64,000 nucleotides of DNA from the human T2T-CHM13v2.0 reference genome, Homo sapiens. The position numbers and the translations under genes were made by a program. Shown here piece after piece: positions 15,419 through 33,635 of the stretch (the stretch's first letter is position 1; the number at the start of each line of letters is the position of its first letter). The DNA lies in NCBI RefSeq assembly GCF_009914755.1, contig NC_060928.1; one strand, given 5' to 3'. The notes below the pieces were generated by a model. The model was given only the letters and a program-made list of their open reading frames with translations, ran no database searches and was not told the DNA's origin.

Positions 15419-15900
15419 TAATAGGGTAATTACATAAAACCACACATTTAAAGGTGAGATTCCCAGATTCTTATTCACACTTGCTTCCAGAACTCACTTA
15501 ACTAACTGTGCCCTTGTCTACCCCAACAAGCAGAAGCTTGGGAAATTTCTCTCTGGAGAAACTAAACAGCACCAGAGAAAGGAAGAGCAGGTATTAATGG
15601 GGGAATGAAGGAGGAGGTAGAGGCAATGAAATGGCTTAGCCAAATCATCCTAAAGTAAAGGCTACCAATTGATAAGTATTCACACACAGAAGTTCCAATC
15701 CGAATAGTACTCCATTCTTAAATATGAAAACAGAGAAAAAAAAAAAAAAACATTTTCCAGGAAAAAAAAAAAAAAAGCCTCTCTAAATCTGTAGAAATAA
15801 AGCAGAGAAAAGAAAACTTTTATTTTAAAAGTCACTAATATTCTCTGGTTCATAAAAGAAGATACTACACTGACAAAAATAAGAAAAAGAATTCATACAA

Positions 15901-15998
15901 AAGAAACACCATCAAAGAGAAATTGCACCAGACTAATTAAGCAGGCAAGAAACACCATCAAAGAGAAATGGCACCAGACTAATTAAGCAGGCAAGAAA
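15901..15998 (+). repeat. 46-bp tandem duplication at an LTR boundary
   Basis: aagaaacaccatcaaagagaaat(t/g)gcaccagactaattaagcaggc x2, one mismatch. Confidence 0.92.
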
Positions 15999-16315
15999 GA
16001 CTTTATTCAAGACCATTGCAATAGGAGTCAAGACTATTACAGTAGGAGAAAGAGGCTGAACTCAACTCTAAATACAACAGGGACAGTTGGAGATGTATAT
16101 CCAATGGGCAGAATGAGTGAGTCATTGGATGGAAAATGACTAAAAGAAACTTTGCTGGGTATCAAGCCTGGGAGAATGAGGAACTTGATTGGATATTAAG
16201 AATGGGGGATTCTCAGTAAACTGGCATAGAAGAATTCTTGCTAAAACTGGGCTCAGCAGGCCAAGGCCTAGTCAGGAAGGAAGTTTGATAGAGCCTGAGG
16301 AGGAAATCCTTGTCA
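15957..16315 (-). mobile_element. ERV1 LTR, MER31/MER67-like
   Basis: Minus strand TGACAAGG...gactaggccttggcc...agcccagttttagcaagaat. Confidence 0.6.
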
Positions 16316-17767
16316 GCATTCAGAAATCAAAAATTAGTTCTAGGGAATTTAAAATATGATAGCAAATATAAAATGTTTAATATGAGAATTGGGAGAGTAT
16401 ATCCAAATTTCCTCTGGAAATCAGAAATGAGGGTATAGCAGGTAGTTCAGGGATGCCGCTGTCAAAACCTCAAAGAATATTTGATTTTCTAAGCCATGTA
16501 CAAACAAAACTTTGGTTAATGAAAACATCCAATAATAAAGGTTATGAATTTACTTCTCTCCTTAAAAAAGCAAAATGTTCTGAAAGTAACTGAAAACTTA
16601 TTAAATAATTAAGAATTTTTTATAGATAAAAAATATTTTCTGATTCTTACGAGAGTTTCAGCAAAACTAAACTATGCACTGTCCAGCCACCTACTCTCTT
16701 CCTTAGCTGCCCAAGAGACATAACACAAGAGGACATTCCAGGCAAATGTTCCTAGGCGAGGTTTCCACTCAGAAATCCCATCTGCTTTCTACTCTACTCA
16801 GCTGAGGTAGATGAGGTGGAGACCTCAAGGACCCCATCACCTCACTCCCTTAAATCGGCCATTCCTCCACTTTCTCTACACCTCAGGACCCTGCTCTGGC
16901 CTCCTTGAGACCCCAGAGTCTCTCTGGTCTGTGGAAATATCCACAGAGGATATTTCTAGCCACCCCAAATATTACCTTCCAAAACCTTTCCAAAGAAGGA
17001 ATAATGGGAAGATTCAAGGAAGAGAAAACCAGATCCCTCCCATAACCAAATTGGTAACAAAAGAAAAGATAAAAGGCCAACAGTATTGGCATGTTTTCTT
17101 CACCTGCATCAAAAATTTGTGTTCAGAAAGGGAACACAATTGGGGAACTGAAGATTATTTGTTCATTGGTTCAACATAACCAGGTCTCAAGTGCTGCCCA
17201 TTAAGCAATACAGTAAAGAGTGGGAACTCTTAAGAGTTCCATATCCCTAAACAAGAGGGAGACACAAAAGATAGCTGCCTCCCTGGGCTGCTGTTCAGAT
17301 CCCACTTCAGGAGCATGAACCACCCTCCTGGGCAGAAATGTTCCTGCTCCTTGACCAGCCTCTTTACCTACACGGGAATGAGCTGACAGGCTCCCAGAGA
17401 CACAAAAGAACAGGATCTCTATGGAGATATCATCTCTTAGGGGGCTGATCTCCTTCAGAATGAAAGTCAGTGACATTCTAGGCAGCATCAGTCAAGCCCT
17501 GGCTTAGAATGGGTCCAGTAGTGCACCACGGGTTCCTAGTTGTCACTCCCTGTGCATAATTTGCTCCCATACCAACCTCATAATTAAAATATCAAAAAGT
17601 CGTGATATCACTCACTAAGTCTCCAAAGGAATGAATTAAATTTTCAAATATTCGAATATGACAATTATAGCCATTACATACTCAGAGGCTTGAAGGGTAA
17701 ATGACTCCAGTTAAAGTATTGATTTATTATTTGAAACCACCTCCCACCCATTTGTTGTAAGTCTTTA

Positions 17768-18285
17768 TGTCAGTCTTCTACTGCAGCTGTAACAAATTAC
17801 CAATTACTAATAAATTACCAATAACTTTAGTGGCTTAAAACAAATTATCTTACATTTCTGTAGGTTAGAAGTCCAACATGGGTCTCACTAAGCTAAAATC
17901 ATGGAATCATCAGGGCTGTGTTCCTTTCTGGAGGCTCTAGGGGAGAATCTGTTTTCTTGCCTTTTTAAGACTCTCCCTCTCCCAGAGGCAGCCTTTATTC
18001 CTTGTTTTGTAGCCCCTTCCATTTTCAAAGCCAAAATAGGTCTACTCCTTTTCATATCACCTCACACTGACGTCTGCTTCCCTTTTCCACTGTAAAGACC
18101 CTTGTGATTACATTGGGACCAGTGGGTGATTCAGGATAATCTTAATATCTCAAGGTCATCTGATTAGCAATCTTAACTTCATCTGAAATTCTAATTTCCC
18201 TTTGCCATGTGATCTAACATATTCACAGGTTCCAGGTATTAGGACATGGACATTTGCAGCAGGGGAAATTATGCCTGCCATACCA
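17768..18285 (-). mobile_element. MLT1 (C/D-like) MaLR LTR
   Basis: gctgtaacaaattacc...agtggcttaaaaca...ggaggctctaggggagaatct...ttcacaggttccagg. Confidence 0.8.
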
Positions 18286-18738
18286 TTATTAAAGGTAATT
18301 CCAAAACTCTCCTTTTAAAAAAATGTTCTAGAAAACATTTAGCAATAAGAGTTATTTCAAAAACTATTTATGTAATTGAAGTATTAACAACAATGATATT
18401 AGATATATGTATTAGGCCACAATAACTTGAACTGATACTGGTAAGCCATGTCTATAATCTCAAGAAAAATGTTTTTTAAAACCACTCATAGGAGCTATAC
18501 AATGGTGGAAAAATAATCAATTTGCTCAAAAGAATTAAGTCAACTTTTGAAGAAAATATAAGAAAACACAAATGCTACAAGGGTGGTATGAACATATTGT
18601 TTTTTCTATTATTGAATCTTAAAGCACTTTGCCAATTTGAACTCATTAAGCCTTCTAGGCTGGTGTACCCTGGTTAAACTCCTGCCTGTTGGGTCTCACT
18701 CAAAACACCAGGATTTCTACTTCCTGGTGTTAAGCTTC

Positions 18739-21435
<2,697 letters not shown>

Positions 21436-21444
21436 GCTTCTATT

Positions 21445-21590
21445 AAATCTGAATCTCCAGTGAGCATTAGAATCATCTGAGATGCTTATTTAAAATGCAG
21501 GATCCCAAATGCTACCACCAGAGATTGTGATTCGGTAGGTCTGATGGGGATCTAAGGAATCTATATTTTTAACATGTGTAACAGGATGCT
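21445..21590. mobile_element. MER5A-like hAT fragment
   Basis: gcattagaatcatctgagatgctt...aaaatgcag...gattcggtaggtctg...ggaatctatattttta. Confidence 0.6.
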
Positions 21591-21629
21591 AAAAGGGCAG
21601 CATCTCTATGTCAGTGTCAACTGAGGTGT

Positions 21630-22130
21630 CATATCAAATAAGATCCCACCAGGAAAGAGATGTCACACTGAAGGAGATAACTGAGGGATGTTTCATAAAG
21701 GCAGAATTCACAAAAGGTGTAAGTAGGGTATAGGGAAACCACAAGGGGTAATGCAGCACCCCAAAACTAGAAACAAGGCACCTATTAACTTCCCTAGACC
21801 TGAAAGGGCAAGGAAAGAGACTAGTTACCAGAATCAGAGAGTACAGGCAGTGGGTGGAGAGAACTGCTTGACAAAAGCTGTGGTGTTCGTCGAGGGAAGC
21901 AGGCAGCCCAAGGAAACCCAGAGAGGGAACCCAGGGAAACAATACCCCCACCTTACTCTTCTCCCTTCTTGCTTCTTCTGATACTCTCAATTGACAAATG
22001 TCAACAGGAATGTGCTCCCGTAGGAGCACATTGATACGGTCTATATGGCTCAGCCTCTTGGGCTGCACAAGAAGACAGAGAGGACTTACTTGAGAGAGAG
22101 TCTGGAGGGACAAAATGAAATGTCCTGCAC
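21630..22130 (-). mobile_element. LTR33-like ERVL LTR
   Basis: caggaaagagatgtcacact...ggtatagggaaaccacaagggg...tgcagcaccc; related to 45190-45665. Confidence 0.55.
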
Positions 22131-24334
22131 TGGCACCAATATGACAGATACCAGAGTGAGTGGGAGTCACACCCCTCACTCACTCACTCCTCCCATGTGC
22201 AGAATCCACAAAAGAAATTATTCAAACTAGTTCCATCGCATTGGATGCCTCATCTAAACAAGGATATAAAAAAGGGTCAGAGTGTGCAAAGACAGGGGAC
22301 TCCCATGAGATCATTCACAGAGCCTGAAATGTGTTCCTGGCTATTGAAAGACAGCAGGCTCAACTTACTGCTGAAAAAGTGAACATGCCTGAGGACATAT
22401 ACATATGAAAACTTGCATATATCCCTTACCCCCATACATTCTGGGAGCACAGGCTGAACTCATCGCCACCAGCTTAGTTTAGTCTTTGCTCCCAGAATTT
22501 ATGGTGGTAATGGATATATGCGTGTTTCCTCTAAACAAGGCAGGTCATATAGGACAGCGAGCAGACCTCAAATTGTTTTAGATTCTGCTGCAGAGAACTT
22601 TCTAAAGCAAGAGTCAGTGTGGACTGGACCTCCAAACAAAGCTAGGATAGTGAGAGAAAAAAACAAAGCTGCCCTTAGATTATATCCCACAGGCCAATGT
22701 TTAGTCAATGAATCAGTTATACAATATAATGATTCTGATGCTGGTTATCATGAAAAAGTTTTTGTGAAGCATTGCTCTGGGCTATTGAAATCTGCCTAGG
22801 TACGGTAAAATGGACAGGAAAAAAAGATAATTTATCATGGTGTTCTTATTCTTGGAATTAGGACTGAATGAAGTAGTTAATGTAAGCTCTAGATTCAGAC
22901 TGCCTGTAAAGAAACCACAGGTCTGCCATTTATTGCCTGAGTAATCTCCCACAAGTTACCCAGCTTCTTTAAATATCAAGGTCACCATTTGTAAAGTAAG
23001 TACAATAATAGCACATACTTCCTAAACAGGATGATCCAGATTCCTTGGCAAAGTGCCTGGTATGCAGTTATATATAATTGTTCCTTTTATAATTCAAAAA
23101 ACATTCATACAGTTATTACTACATGTTATATTAAAGTGCTGATATACAAATAACCAAGTTGCACTATAGAACTTAATTCACCTAAACTCATCCTCCTCTA
23201 GTTGTCATAGAACATTTGTTTTATGCTAAAACACTCAAAACCTGAATAAAAACTTTTGATACATGAGGTTAACCTACTTACTGGTTTTCCTACAAGGAAA
23301 GGTGATAGGTTAGTTAGTTAAGAATTATTTATTAAGATCTCGGCTTGCACTGAAAGCTACATTAAATGCAGTGAGAAGCATTATTATTCAAACTGAATAT
23401 ACACATGCCAGAGGGATGGTGCCCCAATGGCACACTCAGAGGGAATAACATTTATAGAAGATTTCCTGCAGGAATTGAGTTTTGATCAAGATAAGAATAG
23501 ACAGATTAACTCTTACTAATATAGTTGACGTGGGAGGCTTTTCAGATGGTGGAAAATAGCCTGGCAAGGGTGAAGAACTGGGCATTAAGTAGTCATGAAC
23601 TGGGTACCACACACAGCAAGACTCCAGAGAGGAGAAGATGGGCTGTGCTGGGACAAGAAGTGAGGTAAAATACGGAGAAAACCTCTCCTATTGTAAATCA
23701 CCCAACTCCAAGTACATCAAAGTCCATTTATGCACCCCCCAAAAAATGTGTGTAATCAGTAGCAATTACTACAGTTCCCAAAATTAGGGCTTTCTGCATC
23801 TCTCTGAAAATTAGGTAAAAATTGTTATTGTAAGAGAAAGTGTAGGTAATCAATGATTATTGCTGTTGAAAAATCAGACATTTCTATAGCTGAGCACAGA
23901 ACACAAGGAAGAAGTTTGAGAATTAATTATATCTTCTAGGTCTTTTAGAAATTTCTCAGATTCCTATTTTCCTCTCCTGTGAATTAGGTAAAATTTCTAA
24001 TCCACTCACCTTTCATAGTAGAGTCTAACAACATGCTCACAATAATGATTTTTCAGAAAATGCCCTTGCAGTGTGATAGATTTGGGGGGATAATGAATTC
24101 TGCTTCCTTCCTTTCTCACTCACCACAGAGTACTACCAGCATCACTTCTAATCAATTTTAAACTCAAACAAAAATTCATAAGGTTTCAAATGACCAAATG
24201 AATATTTCTGCAATGATTAATTTCCTCAAAAAAGAGGCAAAGTTCCAAAAGAAATTACACTTGTTTAATTGACACTAGGTTTGAAGCCAGTGAAAACCCT
24301 AAGAAGGCTTTCACCTCCTTTATTCCCAACCTGA

Positions 24335-24529
<195 letters not shown>

Positions 24530-25777
24530 TAAGACCAAGAAAGACATGAGGTCAGGGAAAGAAAAGAAAGCAACCCTCTCACACAGGAACACTTAAAAAA
24601 GTACTCAACATGGCAAAAAGTAAAACCCCTTTACAATTCCCATGATGGAGAATTAGAACCAATACCTGAATCTTAAGGTAATGGTGCTAAATCCATTTTT
24701 TAAAGTAATTCTCATGTTTATAGAGCAGGAGAACAGAAATTGACTCACAGCATATCTGAAATGCATAAAAATGATATATACACTGTCACCATATTTGCAA
24801 ATTGAGTAATAAGGAAGTAATGTATCCAAAGTGCCAGACAGACACATCCAGGAAAATTAAATGCCCACGTTAAAAGAATTGTACCAGCAAGCCACCTCCA
24901 GTGAGGCTAGTTTCTTTTATCACAATCTAGTTTCCATTTAATTAACCTGTGGGTCAGCGCTTCCAGAAAACTGTTGGCAATATCTCAAATAGAGATAAAT
25001 GTGGAAAAGGGACTGATCAGGGAGGAATTCTGGGAAGATGATGGCAACCACAATATAGTTTTTAAATCTCCCCAATCCACCACCCCCACTACATAAAAAC
25101 AGACAGAGCAAGCAGAATATCAAAACCAAAAACTCATGGCCAATATTTACACCATGGTAACAATGAGGTGCTAAGATTTCCCCAGCAACCTGAAAATATG
25201 AACAGATGGGGATTAAATGACCAGCCAACCACAAGACCTATAGGGTATCAGCTACCATGTAAGAGATAAGAGAAAGAAGCAGAATATCTGAGGGATCTGA
25301 GAACAGGAAAACTCAAAAACTATCAACCAGTGGTCCCTGGGAAGCACAGCAGGCCAATGTGAGGACAGTGGCTGAGACTCGAAAGAACTCTGCACATTCC
25401 AATTTGTAGTGCAAAACGTTCTCAGTAAGGGAGGGCTGAAGGGGCTGGAGGAGCGTGGCTCTTATAAAATCTCAAAATTGAGGAACAAAAGCTTCCTTCC
25501 AGGACAAAACCCATGGAGAAACTGCTGGGTGTGGATGCCAACTTGACCAGGACGGGAGTAACAGGGATAAAATAGAGATTGAGAGAGAAGACTCAGATTA
25601 AAAATTGCAAATGGAAGTCCAAATAAATACAGTTAATTTAGTCAAAGTTGTCTAGTCAATTCAGCATGACCATTAAGATGAACACAGTTATCCAAAGCTA
25701 ATGCTTTTTCCATTTTTATTAAGATGTTTGTTACCATACGGGCACAGAATGAGAGTACTAAATAAAATAAAGCTTAA

Positions 25778-27875
<2,098 letters not shown>

Positions 27876-28869
27876 AAGAAATAAATGAATAGAAGAATAT
27901 TATACTCAAATATAGTTTTTTCAGTTATAAGATTCTATGAGAAAAACAAATAGTTTGATGTCAGAAGGCTGAATATTACAATTTTTTTTACTTTATTAAA
28001 ACATTGAGTTTATTTCACATGTACATTTTTGTCTCCCTGCCATTTCCATGTCTGGCCACTGCAACTACTATATCCTAGCACACATTTCATACATATTTAA
28101 AACCAAGCAGAGGGTGGAGATCCATCTTTAAAAACCAAATAGGCATTTTGGAAAACACATTCTTAGCAGTGGAACCTGGACATTTATCAAACATGGTAGG
28201 GAAAGTTCTCACTCTGTGTTATCAAACAGACATCTAGATATCAACTGTTATAGAAATGAAATAAGATGGGAAATTTTTAACAAATTGTTTAAACTAATTT
28301 CTTAAGGAGACTTTCTCCACTGCCAGAGATCTTGAATAGCCTCCTGTTTATTCATCCAGAAGCAATTATTTACATAACTGATGAACTGGGCTCCCACTTT
28401 GGGAAGAGAACCACCTTTTCCTATACTTGCTTGCATTTTGGCTTTGATATCTTCTACAGAACTAGGTCCTTTTGGTGTTTTCAGGGTTTTTTTCCTGTTT
28501 TTTTGAATAATTCTTCACCTTTAGATCTTCTTGTTAATGATTTTTAGTCTTTTTCTATTCTGGTTTGATTTTTGGCAGAAGTATCTCATACAGATTTATT
28601 CACTAGAGCTTTTTCTTCAGTTTCCTCATTATCAAAATCATTATCATCATCTTCATCAGCAGCAAGTTCTACTTTTCTCTGTGGAACCTTTTATCACCTC
28701 CACAGGTGGACTGCCTTCTAGATATACTTAAAAGTTGCATATCCTTCTCCTCTTCATCTTCTGACTCTGCATCTTCCTCCATAGTTACTAAGCGCTGTCC
28801 ACTAATATGCACTGGCCCTGAACTACACTTCAACCAGAAGATCACAAGTGTTATTTTAAAGTCCTCAAG

Positions 28870-29913
28870 AGACAAAAGCAAAAATTGACAAAAAGGATCT
28901 AATTAAACTAAAGAGCTTTTGCACAGAAAAAGAAACTATCATCAGAGTAAACAGACAACCTACAGAATGAGAGAAAATTTTTGCAACCTATCCATCTGAC
29001 AAAGATATAATATCCAGAGTCCATAAGAAACTTAAACAAATTTACAAGAGAAAAAAAAACGTTTAAAAAGTGGGCAAAGGACATGATCAGACACTTCTCA
29101 AAAGAAGACATTTATGCAGCCAACAAACATAAGAAAAAAAGCTCAACATCACTGATCATTAGAGAAATGCAAATCAAAAACACAATGAGATACCATCTCA
29201 CACCAGTGAGAATGGTGATTATTAAAAAGTCAAGAAACGACAGATGCTGGCAAGGCTGCTGAAAGATAGGAATGCTTTTACATTGTTGGTGGGAATGTAA
29301 ATTAGTTCAACCATTGTGGAAGACAGTGTGACAATTCCTCAAAGACCTAGATCCAGAAATACCATTTGATCCAGCAATCCCATTACTGGGTATATACCCA
29401 AAGGAATATAAATCATTCTATTATAAAGATGCATGCATGTGTATGTTCACTGCAACATTATTCACAATAGCAAAGACATGGAATCAACCCAAATGTCCAC
29501 GAATGATAGACTGGAGAAAGAAAATGTGGTAAATATACACCATGGAATACTATGCAGCCATAGAAAGGAATGAGATCATGTCCTTTGGAGGGACATGGAT
29601 CAAGCTGGAGCCATCATTCTCAGCAAACTAACGTAGGAACAGAAAACCAAACACTACATGTTCTCACTCATAAGTGGGAGCTGAGCAATGATAACACATG
29701 GACACAGGGAGGGGAACAACACACACTGGGGCCTGTTGGGGGTGGAGGTGGCAGGGGGAGGGACAGCATCAGGAAAAATAGCTAAGGCATATTGGGCTCA
29801 AAACTGAGGTGATGGGTATATAGGTACAGCAAATCGCCATGGCACACATTTCCCTGTGTAACAAAACTACACGTCCTGCACATGTACCCCGGAACTTAAA
29901 ATAAAAATTTTTT
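28870..29913 (+). mobile_element. 5'-truncated older L1PA (L1PA13-16-like) inserted into the NPM1 pseudogene
   Basis: ORF2 3' end and 3'UTR (agcatcaggaaaaatagctaa...catgtaccccggaacttaaaataaaa); degenerate TSD aaagtcctcaag 28858-28869 / aaagcccttaag 29914-29925. Confidence 0.9.
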
Positions 29914-30057
29914 AAAGCCCTTAAGGAACCCATTGGCTGTGAAGATATTTTCAAAGTTGCCTGTGTTATTTTAATTAACCTGCCTTCATCATTTGTTGCC
30001 TCTGCTTCAACAATGTACAATTCATCCTTTGCACCAGTCCCTCAACTGACTATTCTT

Positions 30058-30586
30058 TTTTTTTTTGAATCCAAATATTTGTTTATTGGATTAAATTTGA
30101 TATTAATTTACAAATTTGTGAATATGTGAAATATCCAGTTTTTAAAGTTTTATTTTATTTGGAATTTTCACATAATAATTGTACATATTTATAGGATACA
30201 GTGTGATGTTTCAATGCATGGTACATTGTATAATGATCAAACCAAAGTAATTAGTGTATCTTCTACTTTAAACATTTATTGTTTCTTTGTGGTGATAACA
30301 TTAAAATCCTTTCTTCTAGCTACTTTGAAATACACAATACATTACTGTTAGCTATAGTCTATGTAACTAACCTCCACCTTCTGCACATGTATCCTAGAAC
30401 TTAAAGTAAAAAATAATAAAAATTTTTAAAATGAACAATAAAAAAGTAATCTGATTATTCATGAAAAAAAAATAGAAAGTAGTATAATGGTTACCAGAGG
30501 CTGGGGAGGGGAGAGCATGGGGGATAGGGAGAGATTGGTCAAAGGGTACAAAGTTACAGTTAGGAACAATAATTTCTGGTATTCTA
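30058..30586 (-). mobile_element. Composite L1-mediated insertion (L1PA 3' tip plus transduced L1MA and unique flank, internally inverted)
   Basis: 14-bp TSD aactgactattctt at 30044-30057 and 30587-30600; poly(T) 30058-30066; AATAAA on minus strand at 30082-30087. Confidence 0.85.
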
Positions 30587-30887
30587 AACTGACTATTCTT
30601 AAAGATAACTGGTGCTCATTTTCATCATTACCCACTTTAACATACTAATCTTTGTGGGCCTTTAGCTCATGACAAAAAATGATAGTTCTAGGGCCTCAGG
30701 GGGCTCATGGTCATGTCCATCAGTCTTCACTTGGTGGTAGCATATACTCAGGTGGGAGAGAAGCCAGATGGAGATAAATATCAACTACTGCTCCAGAGAA
30801 CAGCCACGCAGGATGGAATCACACCAGGACTACTACAAGATATTTAATGCAACTGACTTTCTACCTTTACAGTATAACATATAATGG

Positions 30888-31231
30888 TGCTATGGTCTGA
30901 ATGTTTGTCCTTCAAAACTCATGTTAAAATTTGGCTGCCATTGTGGTAATGTTAGGAAATGGGACCTTTGGGAAGTGATAGGGCCAGGAAGGCTCTGCTC
31001 TCATGGGTAAGATTAATGCCATTATAAAAAGGCAAAAACAAATTTGGCCCCCTTTTTGTCTCTACATCCTTCCACCTTTTGCCATGTGATAATGCAGCAA
31101 GAAGGCCCTCACCAAACACCAGTGTCTTGATCTTGGACTTCCCATCCTCCAGAACTGTGAAAAAATAAATTTCTATTCATTATAAATTAGTCTGTGGTAT
31201 TCTGTTATTGCAGCACAAACAGACTAAGATA
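30888..31231 (+). mobile_element. MaLR LTR (MST/MLT1A-like)
   Basis: tgctatggtctgaatgtttgtcc...cttgatcttggacttcccatcctccagaactgtga...cagactaagata. Confidence 0.8.
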
Positions 31232-31244
31232 AATGGCAACTAAC

Positions 31245-31430
31245 ACTAATTGAGAGTTCAATCTGTATCAGGCTCTGTTCATTACTTCATATGAATGATC
31301 TCATTTAATCCTCATACCATCATTATCCCCATTTTAAAGATGAGGAAACTGAAACTAAAAGAAGTAACTATTCTAAGGCAACACATCTAATAAACGTCAG
31401 AGCCAGATTCAAATCTGGATCTGTTTCCAA
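31245..31430 (-). mobile_element. MIR SINE
   Basis: tctcatttaatcctcata...attatccccattttaaagatgaggaaactga. Confidence 0.7.
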
Positions 31431-32198
31431 AACTCATTCATTTATTATTTTCAATAAAAACTCACATAGTAAAACAACATGATACTGAAAACTAAACCTG
31501 GTATTAACAAACAATATATCCCAAATGGCTAAACTTTACATTTCACTGACTCTCTTAATAGTTTCTATCTGAAAGACATGGTTAAACAAACAAAATTCCT
31601 TGAAGTAAATATGTAGACTGGTCCCTTAAGATAGTTGATAACAAAGGTCTTCTTCATTCATGTCTCCATAGTTCTTTTGTGGCAGGAGGGGGACTATTTA
31701 TCACTGCAGAGATATGATACCTCTGCTATATGTATCCAGATTCTATTTAACTTTCAAATCTCAGTTCATTCCCTTCTTTCATGTATCTTTCTCCTATCAT
31801 TCCGGAAATTACTTCTACTTAATTCCAACAGCTACGCTTACCATATCTAACACATGACTTAGCATATAATTACTCCTCAATTATAATAACAGTGTTTGGA
31901 ATAACAGGGGCCAAATGTATTTTCATGCTTGAAACAACAAAACAACAAAATATATGAAACAATGATTTTCAAGACAGTGGAGAGCAGGTGATGATCCTTG
32001 AGAGACTACAAATGAGTAAGGGGAGACCTATCATTGTGCCAGTTTACTGCCTTGAGAGTTTCTGGACACTGGCCCAGGGAAAAGGAATCCAGTGCAGCCC
32101 AGCCAACTCACTGAGCTGAGAAGACAGAGCTGAGGCTGGGGAGACCAAGGCAGCTACAGTTTGCACAATAGAGTTCCAAAGAGGATAAACTTTCATAG

Positions 32199-32583
<385 letters not shown>

Positions 32584-32767
32584 TTAATTCTTATTTAAAA
32601 AATCAACTTTTATTATTTAGAGCAATTTTAAGTTTACAGTAAAACTGAGTAGAAAGTACAGAAAGTTCCACAGACAACTGATTTTTTAGAGAGATACAAA
32701 GATAATTTAGTGGGCAAAGGATCATCTTTTCAACAAATGGTGCTGTAATTGGATTGCAATACATATA

Positions 32768-33013
32768 AAGAAGCAAGAAGGAAGAAGGAGGAGGAGGAGA
32801 AGGAGGAGAAAGAAGACAGAAGAAGAAAGGGAAGGAGGAGGAGAAAGAAGAGAAAGAAGACAGAAGAAGAATGAGAAGGAGGAAATGAAGGAAGAGAAGA
32901 AAAAGGAAGAAAAGAAGGAAGAAAAGGAGAAGGAGGAGGGAGAAGAAGGAAGGAGACAAATTAAGAGGAGGAGGAAGAACAAAAAGGAGGAGGAGGAGTT
33001 GGAGGAGGAGAAG
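32768..33013 (+). repeat. GA-rich low-complexity (GAA/GGA)n tract
   Basis: ~245 bp almost purely purine on the plus strand. Confidence 0.95.
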
Positions 33014-33318
33014 TAGTAGTAGTGATCGTCGTCTGGTTCATACCTCAAATAACATGTAATGATTCACTCAAAATGGATCATTGACCTAAATGTAAAATGT
33101 AAAACTGAGACATTTTTACAAGAAAATACATGAGAAAATCTTTGAGACCTTGGGTTAAATAATAATTTCTTAGATATCACATAAAACACATGTTCCATAA
33201 AAGAAAAAATGATAAATTTAACCAATCAAAACTTAGAACTTCTAGACTCAGTTAAGAGAATGCATTAAGAAAAACCACAGACTGGGGAAAAAATACTTGC
33301 AAATCCTTTATGTGATAA

Positions 33319-33635
<317 letters not shown>

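Larger units (their letters stand above)
27982..30828 (-). pseudogene. Processed nucleophosmin (NPM1) pseudogene in three pieces: 30587-30828, 29914-30057, 27982-28869
   Basis: Intronless NPM1-like 5'UTR (cctggtgtgattccatcctgcgtggctgttctctggagcag), translations [47 protein letters not shown]; 3'UTR with aataaa and poly(A) remnant; stops and frameshifts. Confidence 0.95.

Noticed and set aside
21634-22179. 181-aa minus-strand ORF
   Set aside because: It lies within an LTR33-like repeat and has no recognisable domain.
32603-33048. Leu/Phe/Ser-rich membrane-protein-like ORFs
   Set aside because: Translation of the GA-rich low-complexity tract.
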